The notes: generated from the sequence alone by a model not told the origin. A stretch of DNA of 26,556 bases from a virus (IMGVR_UViG_3300033067_000014:1-26556), one strand, 5' to 3'; shown: positions 7,572-17,062, numbered from the stretch's first letter. A program made the numbers and translations.

Positions 7572-7874
7572 TCATGCAACTCGTTGAACTAACCAAGCAC
7601 TAAAAAAATTACAGGTATCATCGTTAAGTGGCCCCCTGTTACGCCATGTCCCGCTAAGTGCCGAGCCTCCAGAGTTGTTTCCGTAAACAGTAGAATAAGC
7701 GTAAACAGAAATATTGTTATTAAGTGATATGGTGCTAGAGGATGTCGAGCGTCTTGGGCTAAGACCTACATACGACCCAATTGGGAATGAGGTGTTGTTA
7801 GCGGTTGTCCCAGTATATTGACCGTCAAGGGTTCCGTTTGAGCAGTTTATGCCCGTTGCTGTAAGTGTTGCCAT
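7572..7874 (-). CDS. Small fibre-tip/adhesin-like protein
   Basis: AGGAG RBS; FPIGSYV...LSGTWRNRG...LVQRVA resembles fibre C-terminal domains. Confidence 0.6.
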   Translation of the reverse strand: MATLTATGINCSNGTLDGQYTGTTANNTSFPIGSYVGLSPRRSTSSSTISLNNNISVYAYSTVYGNNSGGSALSGTWRNRGPLNDDTCNFFSAWLVQRVA

Positions 7875-7884
7875 GATTTACTCC

Positions 7885-8358
7885 TTATGTTCCGTTTGCT
7901 GTTACTGTGCCAGTGGCAACAATGTTTGTGCCAGAAGTGATTGTTGTAGTTGAAGAAATTGAGTTTGCGGAAATAGAGCCTGTTGCGACAATATTTGTGG
8001 CATTCAATGTGCTTCCAGCGTTTATCACGCCAGTGCTTGAAATTGAACCAACAGCAACGCCATTGTATTTAAAAACAAGATTTAAACCAGACTGTTCAAT
8101 AGTCCAATTGGTCGTAGAAAATGCAGTTGCCGCAGATGCAGTTGCCGCATTTCCAGAAATATCAATAGGCCACTCGCCAGTTGCTCCAGTGCCGTCTGTT
8201 GCTGGAACGTCAAGGTTAACTTGAGCGGCAGATGACGTACTTGCGCCAGTGCCACCATTGGCAACTGGAACAGCGTTTGTCAATCCATCTGTTGCGTCAA
8301 GTTGACCAGATGAATTTAGGTTGTTTGCTAGTTGTGAAAGGTTAAAAGCCTGAGTCAT
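7885..8358 (-). CDS. Short tail fibre shaft-like protein
   Basis: AAGGA RBS; VPVANGGTGAST motif shared with the long fibre; WTIEQSG-x-NLVFKYNG; ends in short beta-repeat segments. Confidence 0.7.
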   Translation of the reverse strand: MTQAFNLSQLANNLNSSGQLDATDGLTNAVPVANGGTGASTSSAAQVNLDVPATDGTGATGEWPIDISGNAATASAATAFSTTNWTIEQSGLNLVFKYNGVAVGSISSTGVINAGSTLNATNIVATGSISANSISSTTTITSGTNIVATGTVTANGT

Positions 8359-8367
8359 AGTTTTCCT

Positions 8368-11300
8368 TTAGGCAGCGCCCATTCTCGCAAAAGTTTGCTG
8401 ATTAAGCAAGGTGTCATTATTGCCGAAAGGCGTGGTCAAAACCCAACTTGCGGCATAAGCGTTGTAGTCGTAAGTTTTTGCAAGCAAACAACCATTGGCA
8501 TAGACTTCCATCGACAGCGGGTTGCTGTTGAATGGGTATGTGGCTTGACCGCTTACGGAGTAAGTTGGAGTGTTTGAAATATTGCTTGCTGGTACGGCTA
8601 AGTTGTTTGGCGTGAACTGAATCACGGTCAAACGACCTGTCAATGGCGATGGAAAGCCGCCAAGTTCATTAGTTGATGGGTTGATGTCGTAGTCAATTTC
8701 ACTGATTTGAACGCCGTTCACAAACAAGAACTCAAAACCATTCCTGATTTCATACTCAGATGGCAAGAAACTTGTGATTCCAACTACATCTTGGTCGTAA
8801 CGAGTGAATGGCGCGTAATCAGAACCAGCGGCTCGGTAACGGTACAAAGCATCTCCAGAAACAACTCCAGCAATCGGTGTTGTGAATGTGATTTCTTTTG
8901 TTGATTGATTGACAGACAAGACTGTGTATGTCAAAGGTACGCCAATGTTTGTGAATGAAATCTCATCGCCAACATCCACCTGATTCCAAGGCAAGCCAGA
9001 ATATGTGACATCACTTACGCCAACAACATCTGCATTGATGTTCAATGGTTCGTAATATGCAGCGGTGCTATTGCCGCGCATATAGATGATGACAACCTTT
9101 TCTCCAGCAGCGCAGGCTGTATTCATGTCAACAGTTGTGCCAGTCTCCGTGTATTCAGTTGGGTCAAGCAAAATGCCATCACGGAACACAAGAACCCATC
9201 CCACTGTATGCGTGACGCTAAAACTTGTTTGACCAGAGGTTGCGCTAAACACATCTTCCGTGTAATAGAAATTGTCGGCCTCAGAAAAGCCAATCACACG
9301 ACCATAAACGTCAACAGTCAAAGTTGCAGCAGTGAATGACTTGGAATAAACACCAGCCCCAAAGTTCAAGAAGTCATGCAAGTTGACCTTCATTGAGCCA
9401 TCTGTGTTGTTTGTCACAGCAAGGAAGCCATCGTTCACGTTGTTGCCAGTAGCGCCAGCAATTGTGAGTTGACCAGTGCGAACGTCCAAGTCGATAAAAC
9501 TCTGAATACCGCTTACAGGGTCAAGCAAAGCAGACCATTGTGTTGAGTCGTAGACCGAAGTGTTTGACGGGACAAACGCACCTCCAAGGTTGACATAGCC
9601 AGCATTGCCAACAGCAAAACTAAACTTGCGGTTTTGGCGGTTTGCATAGAGCAAATAATTGGAAGTACCAAATGCCGCAGACTCATACCATGTGTATAGC
9701 GTTGGGTCTGTGCCGCCGTTTGCAGTGTCGTTGTTGTAGATGCCGAAATAAGCCTTGCCGCGAGGGTCGTAACTGAAACCACTTGTACCAGTAGCGTTGT
9801 CGGCGTATGCAACAGCCAACCACCGTTTGCCAAATTGGAAAGTCAAAGGTCGCCATTTGAAAACAGCAGACGAGGCAGAAAAATCACTTGAGCCAAGCGA
9901 GTTTACATACTTGACGGCAAAATACCAATCACCTTGAGGGATGTTGCTCAAGTTGACGTTGCCCATCAGAGCGCCGGGGTCGTATGGGTTGCCGCCGGGG
10001 TTTACCGCAGTCGTTCCAGCAAAGAATCTTTGAGACAGAGTTGGTGACGCGTAGGCTGAGTAATACACCTCTGCGTATTGAACGATGCCATTGCTTGCCG
10101 CCCTCACGGACACATCAAACGATGGGACTGGAGATGATGATTGAGTGTTTACTACCGTGGGGGCGTAAAGCAACCCAAATCCCAAAGGAGAACCGATGCC
10201 AGTATTGGGAGAAGGAGTGAACTGAGTGATGTCCCTATCGTCATAGACTTGAGGATTGAACTCCATCAAAGACAACGAGGCGGTCACTTGACCGTCATCG
10301 CTGAACTTCTCAATGATTTGCGAAACTCGGAATAGCTTTGCCTCCCAACCGTAGTTGGTGTTTGTCATTGTGACCACATCACCAGCGTCCAATTGAATGC
10401 CAGAGAAGTTAATGTCAACCCTGATTTGCAAGTCTTCACGGGCGGATTCTAGGAATCGGTTAGACAAGTATTGAGCGCGAACGCTGTTGTTGACCAATGG
10501 CAAGCTGATTGTTTGCTTGTTGATTGGCTCATTTGGATAAAGCAATGATGGATTGATTTCAGCCAAATCAAATGTTGCGCTGTTAAAACTATCCTTTTCA
10601 GACCCGTCTGGAAACTTGACTTCTGCAATGTTGTAGCTGGATGCAAGGTCTATTGGAGACACTTGAATGGCTGACACCATATTGGAGTCATTGATGTCCA
10701 TAACCACTGTGTATTCTGGCTTTTGAACAATCACACCCCATTGGCCAGAGATTTGGTTGTACTTAATCAGGCAGTCGCAGCATGAAGCCATCGACTGCAT
10801 ATTGGTCATAATTGTGTTTGCAGTTTCCAATACACCATCAAACCTGAATCTCGACTGAGTAGCTGGAGAGCCGCTAGGAGTTGTGTAGGAGAAATTGCCA
10901 TCGCAATAAGTGTTCAATGCCGTCAGAGATGCGGTGTCTATCTGAGACAAGGACAATCCAGCGCCGTAGCGTTGAGACTGCCAATAGTCGCTGAAACAGT
11001 CGCCGGGCTTGTAACGGCTGTTTGTAATTTGGAATCGAGTTTGCTGCAATCCAGTGATGTTTGCATCTCTGTTGTATGTCAGCTCAATGATTGCAAAGGC
11101 AGCATTGCTCATCAACTTGGTCGAGTCCCATGTATAGACAAGACCAGACGAGTTCATAATTTCAATGGCAGACAACGATGTGTTGACACCAGATGACGAG
11201 CCATTGCTGAACAAATAAATGTTCATCTTGCCAGCAACAGTTGTATCAGTTACGCCCGTTGACTCATCCAACAGACCAACAACCTTGTACTCGTCTGTTC

Positions 11301-11676
11301 CATCAAAAATACATTTCTTGCCACCCCAATACACATCGCCAAATGTGTATGTATCAGGCGTTCCGCCTGTCTCTGTATTGGTGACTTCCGCAAGAGTCAT
11401 CACATAAAACAGCTTTTGATTGTTAGATGTGATGCTTAAATCTGTGACGATGCCACCAAGATAGGCGGAGCCATAAACGACTGGAACTTTGTTGTCTCCA
11501 GCGGGAGGAACTTGAGCGCGACTGCCGGGATTGGGTGTCGCATCATTAAAGTTCGGGCCTTCTGGCCCCAAGGATTTACTGATAACAGATGCCGCAACCA
11601 TGTTGATGGCAAATGCGGTAATGGCATACTCAATGCCAGTAAGTCCCAACTCGGTTGCAATGATTGAACCCGGCAT
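8368..11676 (-). CDS. Tail tip / central fibre protein (J-like host specificity protein)
   Basis: 1102 aa; VPVVYG, RYGAGL, RFRFDGVL, N-x-x-RAQYL, L-x-x-GDVV-x-x-T motifs, an FN3-like region and C-terminal beta domains; lies downstream of the tape measure gene. Confidence 0.85.
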   Translation of the reverse strand: MPGSIIATELGLTGIEYAITAFAINMVAASVISKSLGPEGPNFNDATPNPGSRAQVPPAGDNKVPVVYGSAYLGGIVTDLSITSNNQKLFYVMTLAEVTNTETGGTPDTYTFGDVYWGGKKCIFDGTDEYKVVGLLDESTGVTDTTVAGKMNIYLFSNGSSSGVNTSLSAIEIMNSSGLVYTWDSTKLMSNAAFAIIELTYNRDANITGLQQTRFQITNSRYKPGDCFSDYWQSQRYGAGLSLSQIDTASLTALNTYCDGNFSYTTPSGSPATQSRFRFDGVLETANTIMTNMQSMASCCDCLIKYNQISGQWGVIVQKPEYTVVMDINDSNMVSAIQVSPIDLASSYNIAEVKFPDGSEKDSFNSATFDLAEINPSLLYPNEPINKQTISLPLVNNSVRAQYLSNRFLESAREDLQIRVDINFSGIQLDAGDVVTMTNTNYGWEAKLFRVSQIIEKFSDDGQVTASLSLMEFNPQVYDDRDITQFTPSPNTGIGSPLGFGLLYAPTVVNTQSSSPVPSFDVSVRAASNGIVQYAEVYYSAYASPTLSQRFFAGTTAVNPGGNPYDPGALMGNVNLSNIPQGDWYFAVKYVNSLGSSDFSASSAVFKWRPLTFQFGKRWLAVAYADNATGTSGFSYDPRGKAYFGIYNNDTANGGTDPTLYTWYESAAFGTSNYLLYANRQNRKFSFAVGNAGYVNLGGAFVPSNTSVYDSTQWSALLDPVSGIQSFIDLDVRTGQLTIAGATGNNVNDGFLAVTNNTDGSMKVNLHDFLNFGAGVYSKSFTAATLTVDVYGRVIGFSEADNFYYTEDVFSATSGQTSFSVTHTVGWVLVFRDGILLDPTEYTETGTTVDMNTACAAGEKVVIIYMRGNSTAAYYEPLNINADVVGVSDVTYSGLPWNQVDVGDEISFTNIGVPLTYTVLSVNQSTKEITFTTPIAGVVSGDALYRYRAAGSDYAPFTRYDQDVVGITSFLPSEYEIRNGFEFLFVNGVQISEIDYDINPSTNELGGFPSPLTGRLTVIQFTPNNLAVPASNISNTPTYSVSGQATYPFNSNPLSMEVYANGCLLAKTYDYNAYAASWVLTTPFGNNDTLLNQQTFARMGAA

Positions 11677-11677
11677 A

Positions 11678-12124
11678 TTAGGCCACCCAAAATTCTTCTA
11701 GTTTGTCGAATCCGAACTTCTGATATTGAAGGTTCGGGCTATTGCTCATTTTACTGATTAAGAAATTACAGATGCGCTTTTCTTGCTTCATTTGCTCACC
11801 TATTTTCTTGTACTCAGCAAGCAACCTATATCCAGCCGTTCCTCCGCGAGATTCAGGCTCAACCCAATAAGCCAACTCCGTCATTAAAAGGTGCTTTGGC
11901 GACCAAATGCTTGGAGCAATAGAAGCAAGCAACATACCAACAATGCCATCATTGTCAACAACAAGAACAACGCCCTTACCAGCCATCATCTCAGTCAATA
12001 GCTTTGTTACATATTCGGCATCATCAGCCTCCGCAAGAAAGGCCAAAGGAGTCAACTTCCTGTATCGACGAAGCATATCCAATAGGACAGGCACATCAAA
12101 TGGAGTTGCCCGACGAACAATCAT
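11678..12124 (-). CDS. GNAT-family N-acetyltransferase
   Basis: IVRRATPFD N-terminus, WVEPESRGGTAG (acetyl-CoA motif A variant), YQKFGF. Confidence 0.85.
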   Translation of the reverse strand: MIVRRATPFDVPVLLDMLRRYRKLTPLAFLAEADDAEYVTKLLTEMMAGKGVVLVVDNDGIVGMLLASIAPSIWSPKHLLMTELAYWVEPESRGGTAGYRLLAEYKKIGEQMKQEKRICNFLISKMSNSPNLQYQKFGFDKLEEFWVA

Positions 12125-12714
12125 GCGCCCTTACCAAATTGGTAGTTGATTGTCTCAATGAAGTTCACGCGATTCATGGACGTATCGCCATCATTGAAGA
12201 ACTGCCATGAGTTGTTGTTGGTGTATCGACCAGCAATCCTATTTTGGAGAATCAACTGAATGGCAGATGCTGCAATTGTGATTGTTCCAACATAGCCACG
12301 AGCCTCCTCCATCCATGTCTCAGAGATGGTGAATGATGTGATTACGCCACTGAAAAATTGATACAAGCCGCCAGAGCCGCCGCTTGTAAGAAGTTCATTG
12401 CTTTCGTTGTAAAAGCCATGCCACATCTCAATCTGAGAGCCTTTGACGGTTTGGCTAAGAACCCAACCCAACATGGCAATGTCAATGCCAATCAAGGTCA
12501 CGGATGTCTCGTTGGCTGTACTCTTGATGTCGCGCTGAACATCACCCACCTTCATCAATGTCCCCACTGCGCTAAAGGCAGTGGAATCGACAGCAGGAAC
12601 CAAAGTGTCTGACGGAGCTGTGGTGAAGCGATAGATGTCGCCTCCAGTATTTACACGAACAAAGTCAGCAAGTCGAATGCTGCTTGTTCCGTCAACTGGC
12701 GCAATTACGTTCAT
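12121..12714 (-). CDS. Minor tail protein (hub-like, putative)
   Basis: Second gene after the tape measure; beta-rich; C-terminal GRYTN..SWQ...GD.SM..V pattern typical of siphophage hub-type proteins. Confidence 0.6.
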   Translation of the reverse strand: MNVIAPVDGTSSIRLADFVRVNTGGDIYRFTTAPSDTLVPAVDSTAFSAVGTLMKVGDVQRDIKSTANETSVTLIGIDIAMLGWVLSQTVKGSQIEMWHGFYNESNELLTSGGSGGLYQFFSGVITSFTISETWMEEARGYVGTITIAASAIQLILQNRIAGRYTNNNSWQFFNDGDTSMNRVNFIETINYQFGKGA

Positions 12715-13391
12715 AGGACGCTTTCAAATGCTTTAAACGAACCGCTCCAATTGATGAACGAGTCGTTGGTGATTGGCATGAGAGTGTACGTTGGGTAGTC
12801 ACGAAGCACAACAGGGAATGTGACACCAGTGTATGTGTCACCACCCATTGATATTGTCGTTCCAAATTCACCAGCAACGCAGGCCACAGTTGTTGTCAAA
12901 GCGTCAATTAAGCTGCGATGAACAGGTACGTTTACAGTTGGGTTTGGGCCTCTTGTAACGTCAGCAGTGACGATGTACGAATACAGGCCAACCTGAACAA
13001 AATCGCCAGCCCTGAACAAATATTTAGAGCTAGAGATAGAAGGCAAAGAACCAAGGACAAGAGTTGTATTTGCGCTCGATGTCTGCCACTGACAGTTGCC
13101 AATTTGAAGCGGGGTCATGTCGCCTTGGTACTGAATGTAGTTCAGCCAACCAGTTGAGCCAAAGTTCAAATACTGCGTCAAGGCTTTGTCAGGAATACGC
13201 AAGCTATTTAATAGGCCACGATTCTGTGAGTACAGAAGGTAGTTCATTGGCTTGAGTTCAAACGCAAAAGGAACCACAGTCAGAATCTCTGACGTTGTAA
13301 TCTTTTGGTTGCGACTGACTGTTTGACCAACAAAGCGTTGGTCATTGATGCCAACAGACTCGCTGATTGAGAGGATGTTTTGCAAACTCAT
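12711..13391 (-). CDS. Distal tail protein-like (putative)
   Basis: Immediately after the tape measure; internal FRAGDFVQVG...YIVTADV segment. Assignment rests on gene order. Confidence 0.6.
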   Translation of the reverse strand: MSLQNILSISESVGINDQRFVGQTVSRNQKITTSEILTVVPFAFELKPMNYLLYSQNRGLLNSLRIPDKALTQYLNFGSTGWLNYIQYQGDMTPLQIGNCQWQTSSANTTLVLGSLPSISSSKYLFRAGDFVQVGLYSYIVTADVTRGPNPTVNVPVHRSLIDALTTTVACVAGEFGTTISMGGDTYTGVTFPVVLRDYPTYTLMPITNDSFINWSGSFKAFESVL

Positions 13392-13392
13392 G

Positions 13393-15768
13393 TTACTTGC
13401 TCACTGGTAAAGACCGTTGGGCAGACTGATTGACAGCCCAAATTGTCTGTTTGTTCTTTGCCAAGAATTGAGTGGCAGACTGCGTATCAATTGCGCTCAT
13501 GTTGGCGATGTATGGGCCGTTGTAGACGACTTGCGGCTGATTGTTCATCATGGCCCCAACCATCTTGTTTGGCATGATTGTGCCTGCGCCTTGAGGAATG
13601 AAAAGCTCTGGCCCTTGCTCTCCAACATAAAAAGGCTGTCCAGCGTCAGCAGATGCTCCATTTGCCGCAAATGTTGGAGCAGCCGCCATTGATGGGCCGC
13701 CAAAGTCCCCAACAGGAGCGCCGCCGCCACCAGAAGGGCCAAAAAAGCTGAATCCTTTGAACATGGACATCATCTGAGCTTTCATCGCAATAGAGATGAG
13801 GTCTTGAATGATGCTACGGGTCAAGTCTTTAAACGACAGCTTGCCAGTGCGAACAAAGTTGTCGATGGCGCTACCCATGTTGTTGAACACGGACTGATTC
13901 ATATCTTGCAAGCGCTTTAATTCCTCGCGCTGCATGATGACTGCTTCACGTTGCTTTTCAAGGTAGTTGATACGAGCGGCAGCAGCCTCTCGGTCAACAT
14001 CCTTCATGTTTTCTTGCCTATTTAAAGCAACCAAGTCTTGCTGTGTTTTTAACCGAGACAGGGCAATGTCCAAATCTTGCTGACTTGCAAGAATGTTGTC
14101 TTTGTAGACTTGAAGGCGCTCACGTTCTTTTTCGATGGAATCCTGCTCTGTCTTTGCAAGCTCCTCAAATTTACGACGAGACTCTTTGAACAAGTCTTCT
14201 TTCTCGCGCTCTGCCTTGGCTTCAATTTGCTTAATACGAGCAGCCAATTCGTCTGCATTTGCGGTAGCCATAGCAAAACGCTCATCGGCATTGCGCTTGG
14301 CAATTTCGCTTCTTGCGATTGCAATGTCACGCTCTTTGGATAGATTGATTTGAGCAATCTTTTCCAGACCTGCGGCCTCTGTCTCATACTTTGTTTGAGC
14401 AATGATTTCGGCTGTCTTTTGAGCAATAGACACGGCCTTTGACGCGCCGCCAGCGGCAGCGTATGCGTCAATCTTCTCTTTGTTCTTTTCTGCGGATTTA
14501 GAGTCGGCTTCAACTTTGGCTGTTTCAGCCTCAAGCTCCGCTTTGATTCGGTCGCGCTTTGCCTTTAATGCGTCATACAGCTTGGTATTGCCACTTCTGT
14601 AAGCAATGCCCTCCGCCGTCTTTTGCATCTGGTCTTCAAGGTCTTTTATGGCCTTTGTTGGGTCATCGCGGCCAATGCCCTTCAACCAATCCCAAAAGCC
14701 ACTGGCGGCATTCTTCAAATTCTTCCAAAGAGTCTCAAGATAGCCTAGTCTTTTTGCCTGAGAGTCCAACTTCTCAAGCAAAGCATCAGATGTGAACTTA
14801 ATTGCTTCCTGCGCTTGGCCTTGACGATTCAACGCCTCAATCTGTTTGTATTGAGCAAGAGTCAGAAAGTGATATTGGTCATTCAGCTTTTTGGCAGATG
14901 ATGCAGAACCATCCAAAGATGGAATGAGGCTTTTTGCCACATCAGCAGCGGCCTCGCCAGAAAGGGAGGCGACTTTTGTAATAAGCGAACCAACAGAAGA
15001 CAATGTTCTCTCGGTGAATTGACCAGAGGAAACCAACGTCTGCATAATTTCTCTCGAATCGCCAATAGCAGAGTTGTATTTGCCGCTAATTGTTGTCGCC
15101 AAAGCATTGAACTTGTCAATTGCAATGCCAGCAAAATTACCAGTCAGAATCATTGAATTGCGGAACTTGTTGGATTCTTCCTCGCCTTTGATAAAAGCCA
15201 AGCCAAGCACACCAATCGAAGCGGCCAAGCCCGTAAATGCAAGCATTGTCGGAGTAACAGCCGCACGAATACCCTCAAACAGAGGTTTGAATCCGCCAAA
15301 TTGGTCGCGCAATTGTCCACCCTGTTGCAGCAAAACCATCATTGGGTTTTGACCGCCAGCCAAGCTGGTGATAATGTCAGTTGTTTGGTATCCCAAGGCC
15401 GCTTGCTGTTGAGCGGTCAAACCGCTCTTTCCTAGCTTTGCCTGCTCTGCGGCTTTTGCTGCTGCTGCGACCTTGTCATAAGCCGCCGCTTGAGCCTTCA
15501 AATTGTTGATGATGACATCTGGTTGATGCTTATATTTACCAAGGCGAATTTGCTCCTCAATCTTCTCGACCTCTGTGAGCGTCTTGCCATAGTTGCGAGT
15601 CGCCATCTCAAGGCGTACAATTTCTTTGGCCGCATCTTCACTGTCACGCTTAATTTGAGACTTGAACTTGCCAAACTTTTTCTGAGCTTCTTCAATTTCT
15701 CTGACAAGTTCGCCAGAGTCCATGCCAAGGACAATGCCAAGTCGAGCGATGTTTTGTGATGCGGCCAT
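13393..15768 (-). CDS. Tail tape measure protein (lambda-like)
   Basis: QTTDIITSLAGGQNPMMVLLQQGGQLRDQFGG, long Ala/Lys/Glu-rich helices, FVRTGKLSFKDLTRSIIQDL, VGEQGPELFIP. Confidence 0.95.
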   Translation of the reverse strand: MAASQNIARLGIVLGMDSGELVREIEEAQKKFGKFKSQIKRDSEDAAKEIVRLEMATRNYGKTLTEVEKIEEQIRLGKYKHQPDVIINNLKAQAAAYDKVAAAAKAAEQAKLGKSGLTAQQQAALGYQTTDIITSLAGGQNPMMVLLQQGGQLRDQFGGFKPLFEGIRAAVTPTMLAFTGLAASIGVLGLAFIKGEEESNKFRNSMILTGNFAGIAIDKFNALATTISGKYNSAIGDSREIMQTLVSSGQFTERTLSSVGSLITKVASLSGEAAADVAKSLIPSLDGSASSAKKLNDQYHFLTLAQYKQIEALNRQGQAQEAIKFTSDALLEKLDSQAKRLGYLETLWKNLKNAASGFWDWLKGIGRDDPTKAIKDLEDQMQKTAEGIAYRSGNTKLYDALKAKRDRIKAELEAETAKVEADSKSAEKNKEKIDAYAAAGGASKAVSIAQKTAEIIAQTKYETEAAGLEKIAQINLSKERDIAIARSEIAKRNADERFAMATANADELAARIKQIEAKAEREKEDLFKESRRKFEELAKTEQDSIEKERERLQVYKDNILASQQDLDIALSRLKTQQDLVALNRQENMKDVDREAAAARINYLEKQREAVIMQREELKRLQDMNQSVFNNMGSAIDNFVRTGKLSFKDLTRSIIQDLISIAMKAQMMSMFKGFSFFGPSGGGGAPVGDFGGPSMAAAPTFAANGASADAGQPFYVGEQGPELFIPQGAGTIMPNKMVGAMMNNQPQVVYNGPYIANMSAIDTQSATQFLAKNKQTIWAVNQSAQRSLPVSK

Positions 15769-15769
15769 G

Positions 15770-16240
15770 TTAAATCTTCCGTTTGGCTAGTTTTTTTGCG
15801 TAAGCAGGGATGCTCACAGCCAGTTCGGATTTTAGTATGTTGACGATATTATCGCGATTACTTTCTAGCGAAACTCGCAGATATGGCTGTGCGGCTGTTC
15901 TTGCGTTTCCAAACTCTTGAGACAAAGAAACGGCACTCTTTTTCACCGAAACAACGCCAATCACGGCATCGGTAGGAGATACATATTCGGACTTTCTATC
16001 AGCCGAAGTTGGAATCCTTGCATTGACCCTTGCTGTGTCTCTCAAGTGAATTGGGCCAGTATTGTCTTCATCGTATGGCGCTCTGGCTTGTACGCTTGCC
16101 AATACAGGCTGCATGGCGGCATTTACGGCTTTGGTCATGGTGTTACGCATAACCAAGTCACCGCGAAACCCCTCCGCAAGCTGGAGAAGCTGTTTTTCAA
16201 GCTCCTCAAAGCCTTCGGTCTTGAAGATTTCTACACTCAT
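15770..16240 (-). CDS. HK97 gp10-like tail completion protein
   Basis: EGFEELEKQL...ARAP...HLRD...QEFGNARTAAQPYLRVSL. Confidence 0.8.
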   Translation of the reverse strand: MSVEIFKTEGFEELEKQLLQLAEGFRGDLVMRNTMTKAVNAAMQPVLASVQARAPYDEDNTGPIHLRDTARVNARIPTSADRKSEYVSPTDAVIGVVSVKKSAVSLSQEFGNARTAAQPYLRVSLESNRDNIVNILKSELAVSIPAYAKKLAKRKI

Positions 16241-16590
16241 TGAAATGCCTTTCTCAAGCCCTCGGGCGCTTTTGGCGATGAGGCCATGAACGCCATAAGG
16301 TTCTTATTTGCCTGTTCCCTTTGTTCTTCATCGCTCAAAGGAGGAATGATGTAATCATGCGCCGATGGAAGCACATGATTCATTGTGAAAGGAGGCGAAT
16401 TTGGCTTGAGCTTTGAATTGAGGTTGCCAGTGGTAAGCATACTCAAGGCCAGCAGCGTGGCCTTGTTCCCTATGATTCCGTCACTGAACATAATCTCAAT
16501 GTTCTGCATTTCGTTTGCTGGTATGTTGTCGGGACAACCACCATGCGCCCAAACATAAGCTCGGGCTTGCTGACGGTTATCCCTTAGGAG
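16237..16590 (-). CDS. Tail assembly chaperone, -1 frameshift extension (gpT-like part of a G-T fusion)
   Basis: The -1 frame is open from the slippery site (LLRDNRQQARAYVWAHGGCPDNIPANE) straight into ORF 16237..16509; fusion product is about 272 aa. Confidence 0.85.
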   Translation of the reverse strand, partial: LLRDNRQQARAYVWAHGGCPDNIPANEMQNIEIMFSDGIIGNKATLLALSMLTTGNLNSKLKPNSPPFTMNHVLPSAHDYIIPPLSDEEQREQANKNLMAFMASSPKAPEGLRKAFQ

Positions 16591-16596
16591 TTTTTT
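16531..16596 (-). promoter_or_regulatory. Programmed -1 ribosomal frameshift signal: A AAA AAC plus downstream stem-loop
   Basis: Heptamer at 16590-16596 in the correct frame (CGA AAA AAC TCC TAA); 6-nt spacer; hairpin spanning 16531-16583. Confidence 0.85.
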
Positions 16597-17054
16597 CGAG
16601 TGTCCTTGTAGCCCGGCTGGATGGCTTCATTGATTCGCTCAACAATCTCCATTTGCACAGCAAGAGGCCATTCTTCCTCAATCTCTGCGTAAGTGATGTC
16701 GTCCAGCGTACCGTTCACAGGAACCAGCAATCGGATGTACTCGACCACTCGGCTTTCCATCATTAGAACAGCATTTGCTAATTCGCGGGTTGATTTTCCG
16801 TCAATGATTACGTCTTTTTCAGTGACCTCAACTCCAGCAGGAGGAGCTTCACGAAGCTCTTTTGTCATGCTCTCGAACTTGGCTTGCAACTTGTCTTCAT
16901 CGACCTTGGCAATTCGTTCTTGGAGGGCATTCATTTCGGCGGTAAGCGGAATACGAACCTTAAATTCGTGACCACCAATGCTGAAAGTCTTTGTTCGGAT
17001 TTGCGCGACAGCGCTTTCATACTTCTTGCCAAAGGCAGATGCGAGTTTGCTCAT
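16584..17054 (-). CDS. Tail assembly chaperone (gpG-like)
   Basis: Lies between the tail tube and tape measure genes and ends in a slippery sequence. Confidence 0.8.
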   Translation of the reverse strand: MSKLASAFGKKYESAVAQIRTKTFSIGGHEFKVRIPLTAEMNALQERIAKVDEDKLQAKFESMTKELREAPPAGVEVTEKDVIIDGKSTRELANAVLMMESRVVEYIRLLVPVNGTLDDITYAEIEEEWPLAVQMEIVERINEAIQPGYKDTRKNS

Positions 17055-17062
17055 TTCGAGTC

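Noticed and set aside
7572-7874. Possible diversity-generating retroelement target (Asn-rich adhesin-like gene)
   Set aside because: No reverse transcriptase and no template/variable repeat pair seen in this window.
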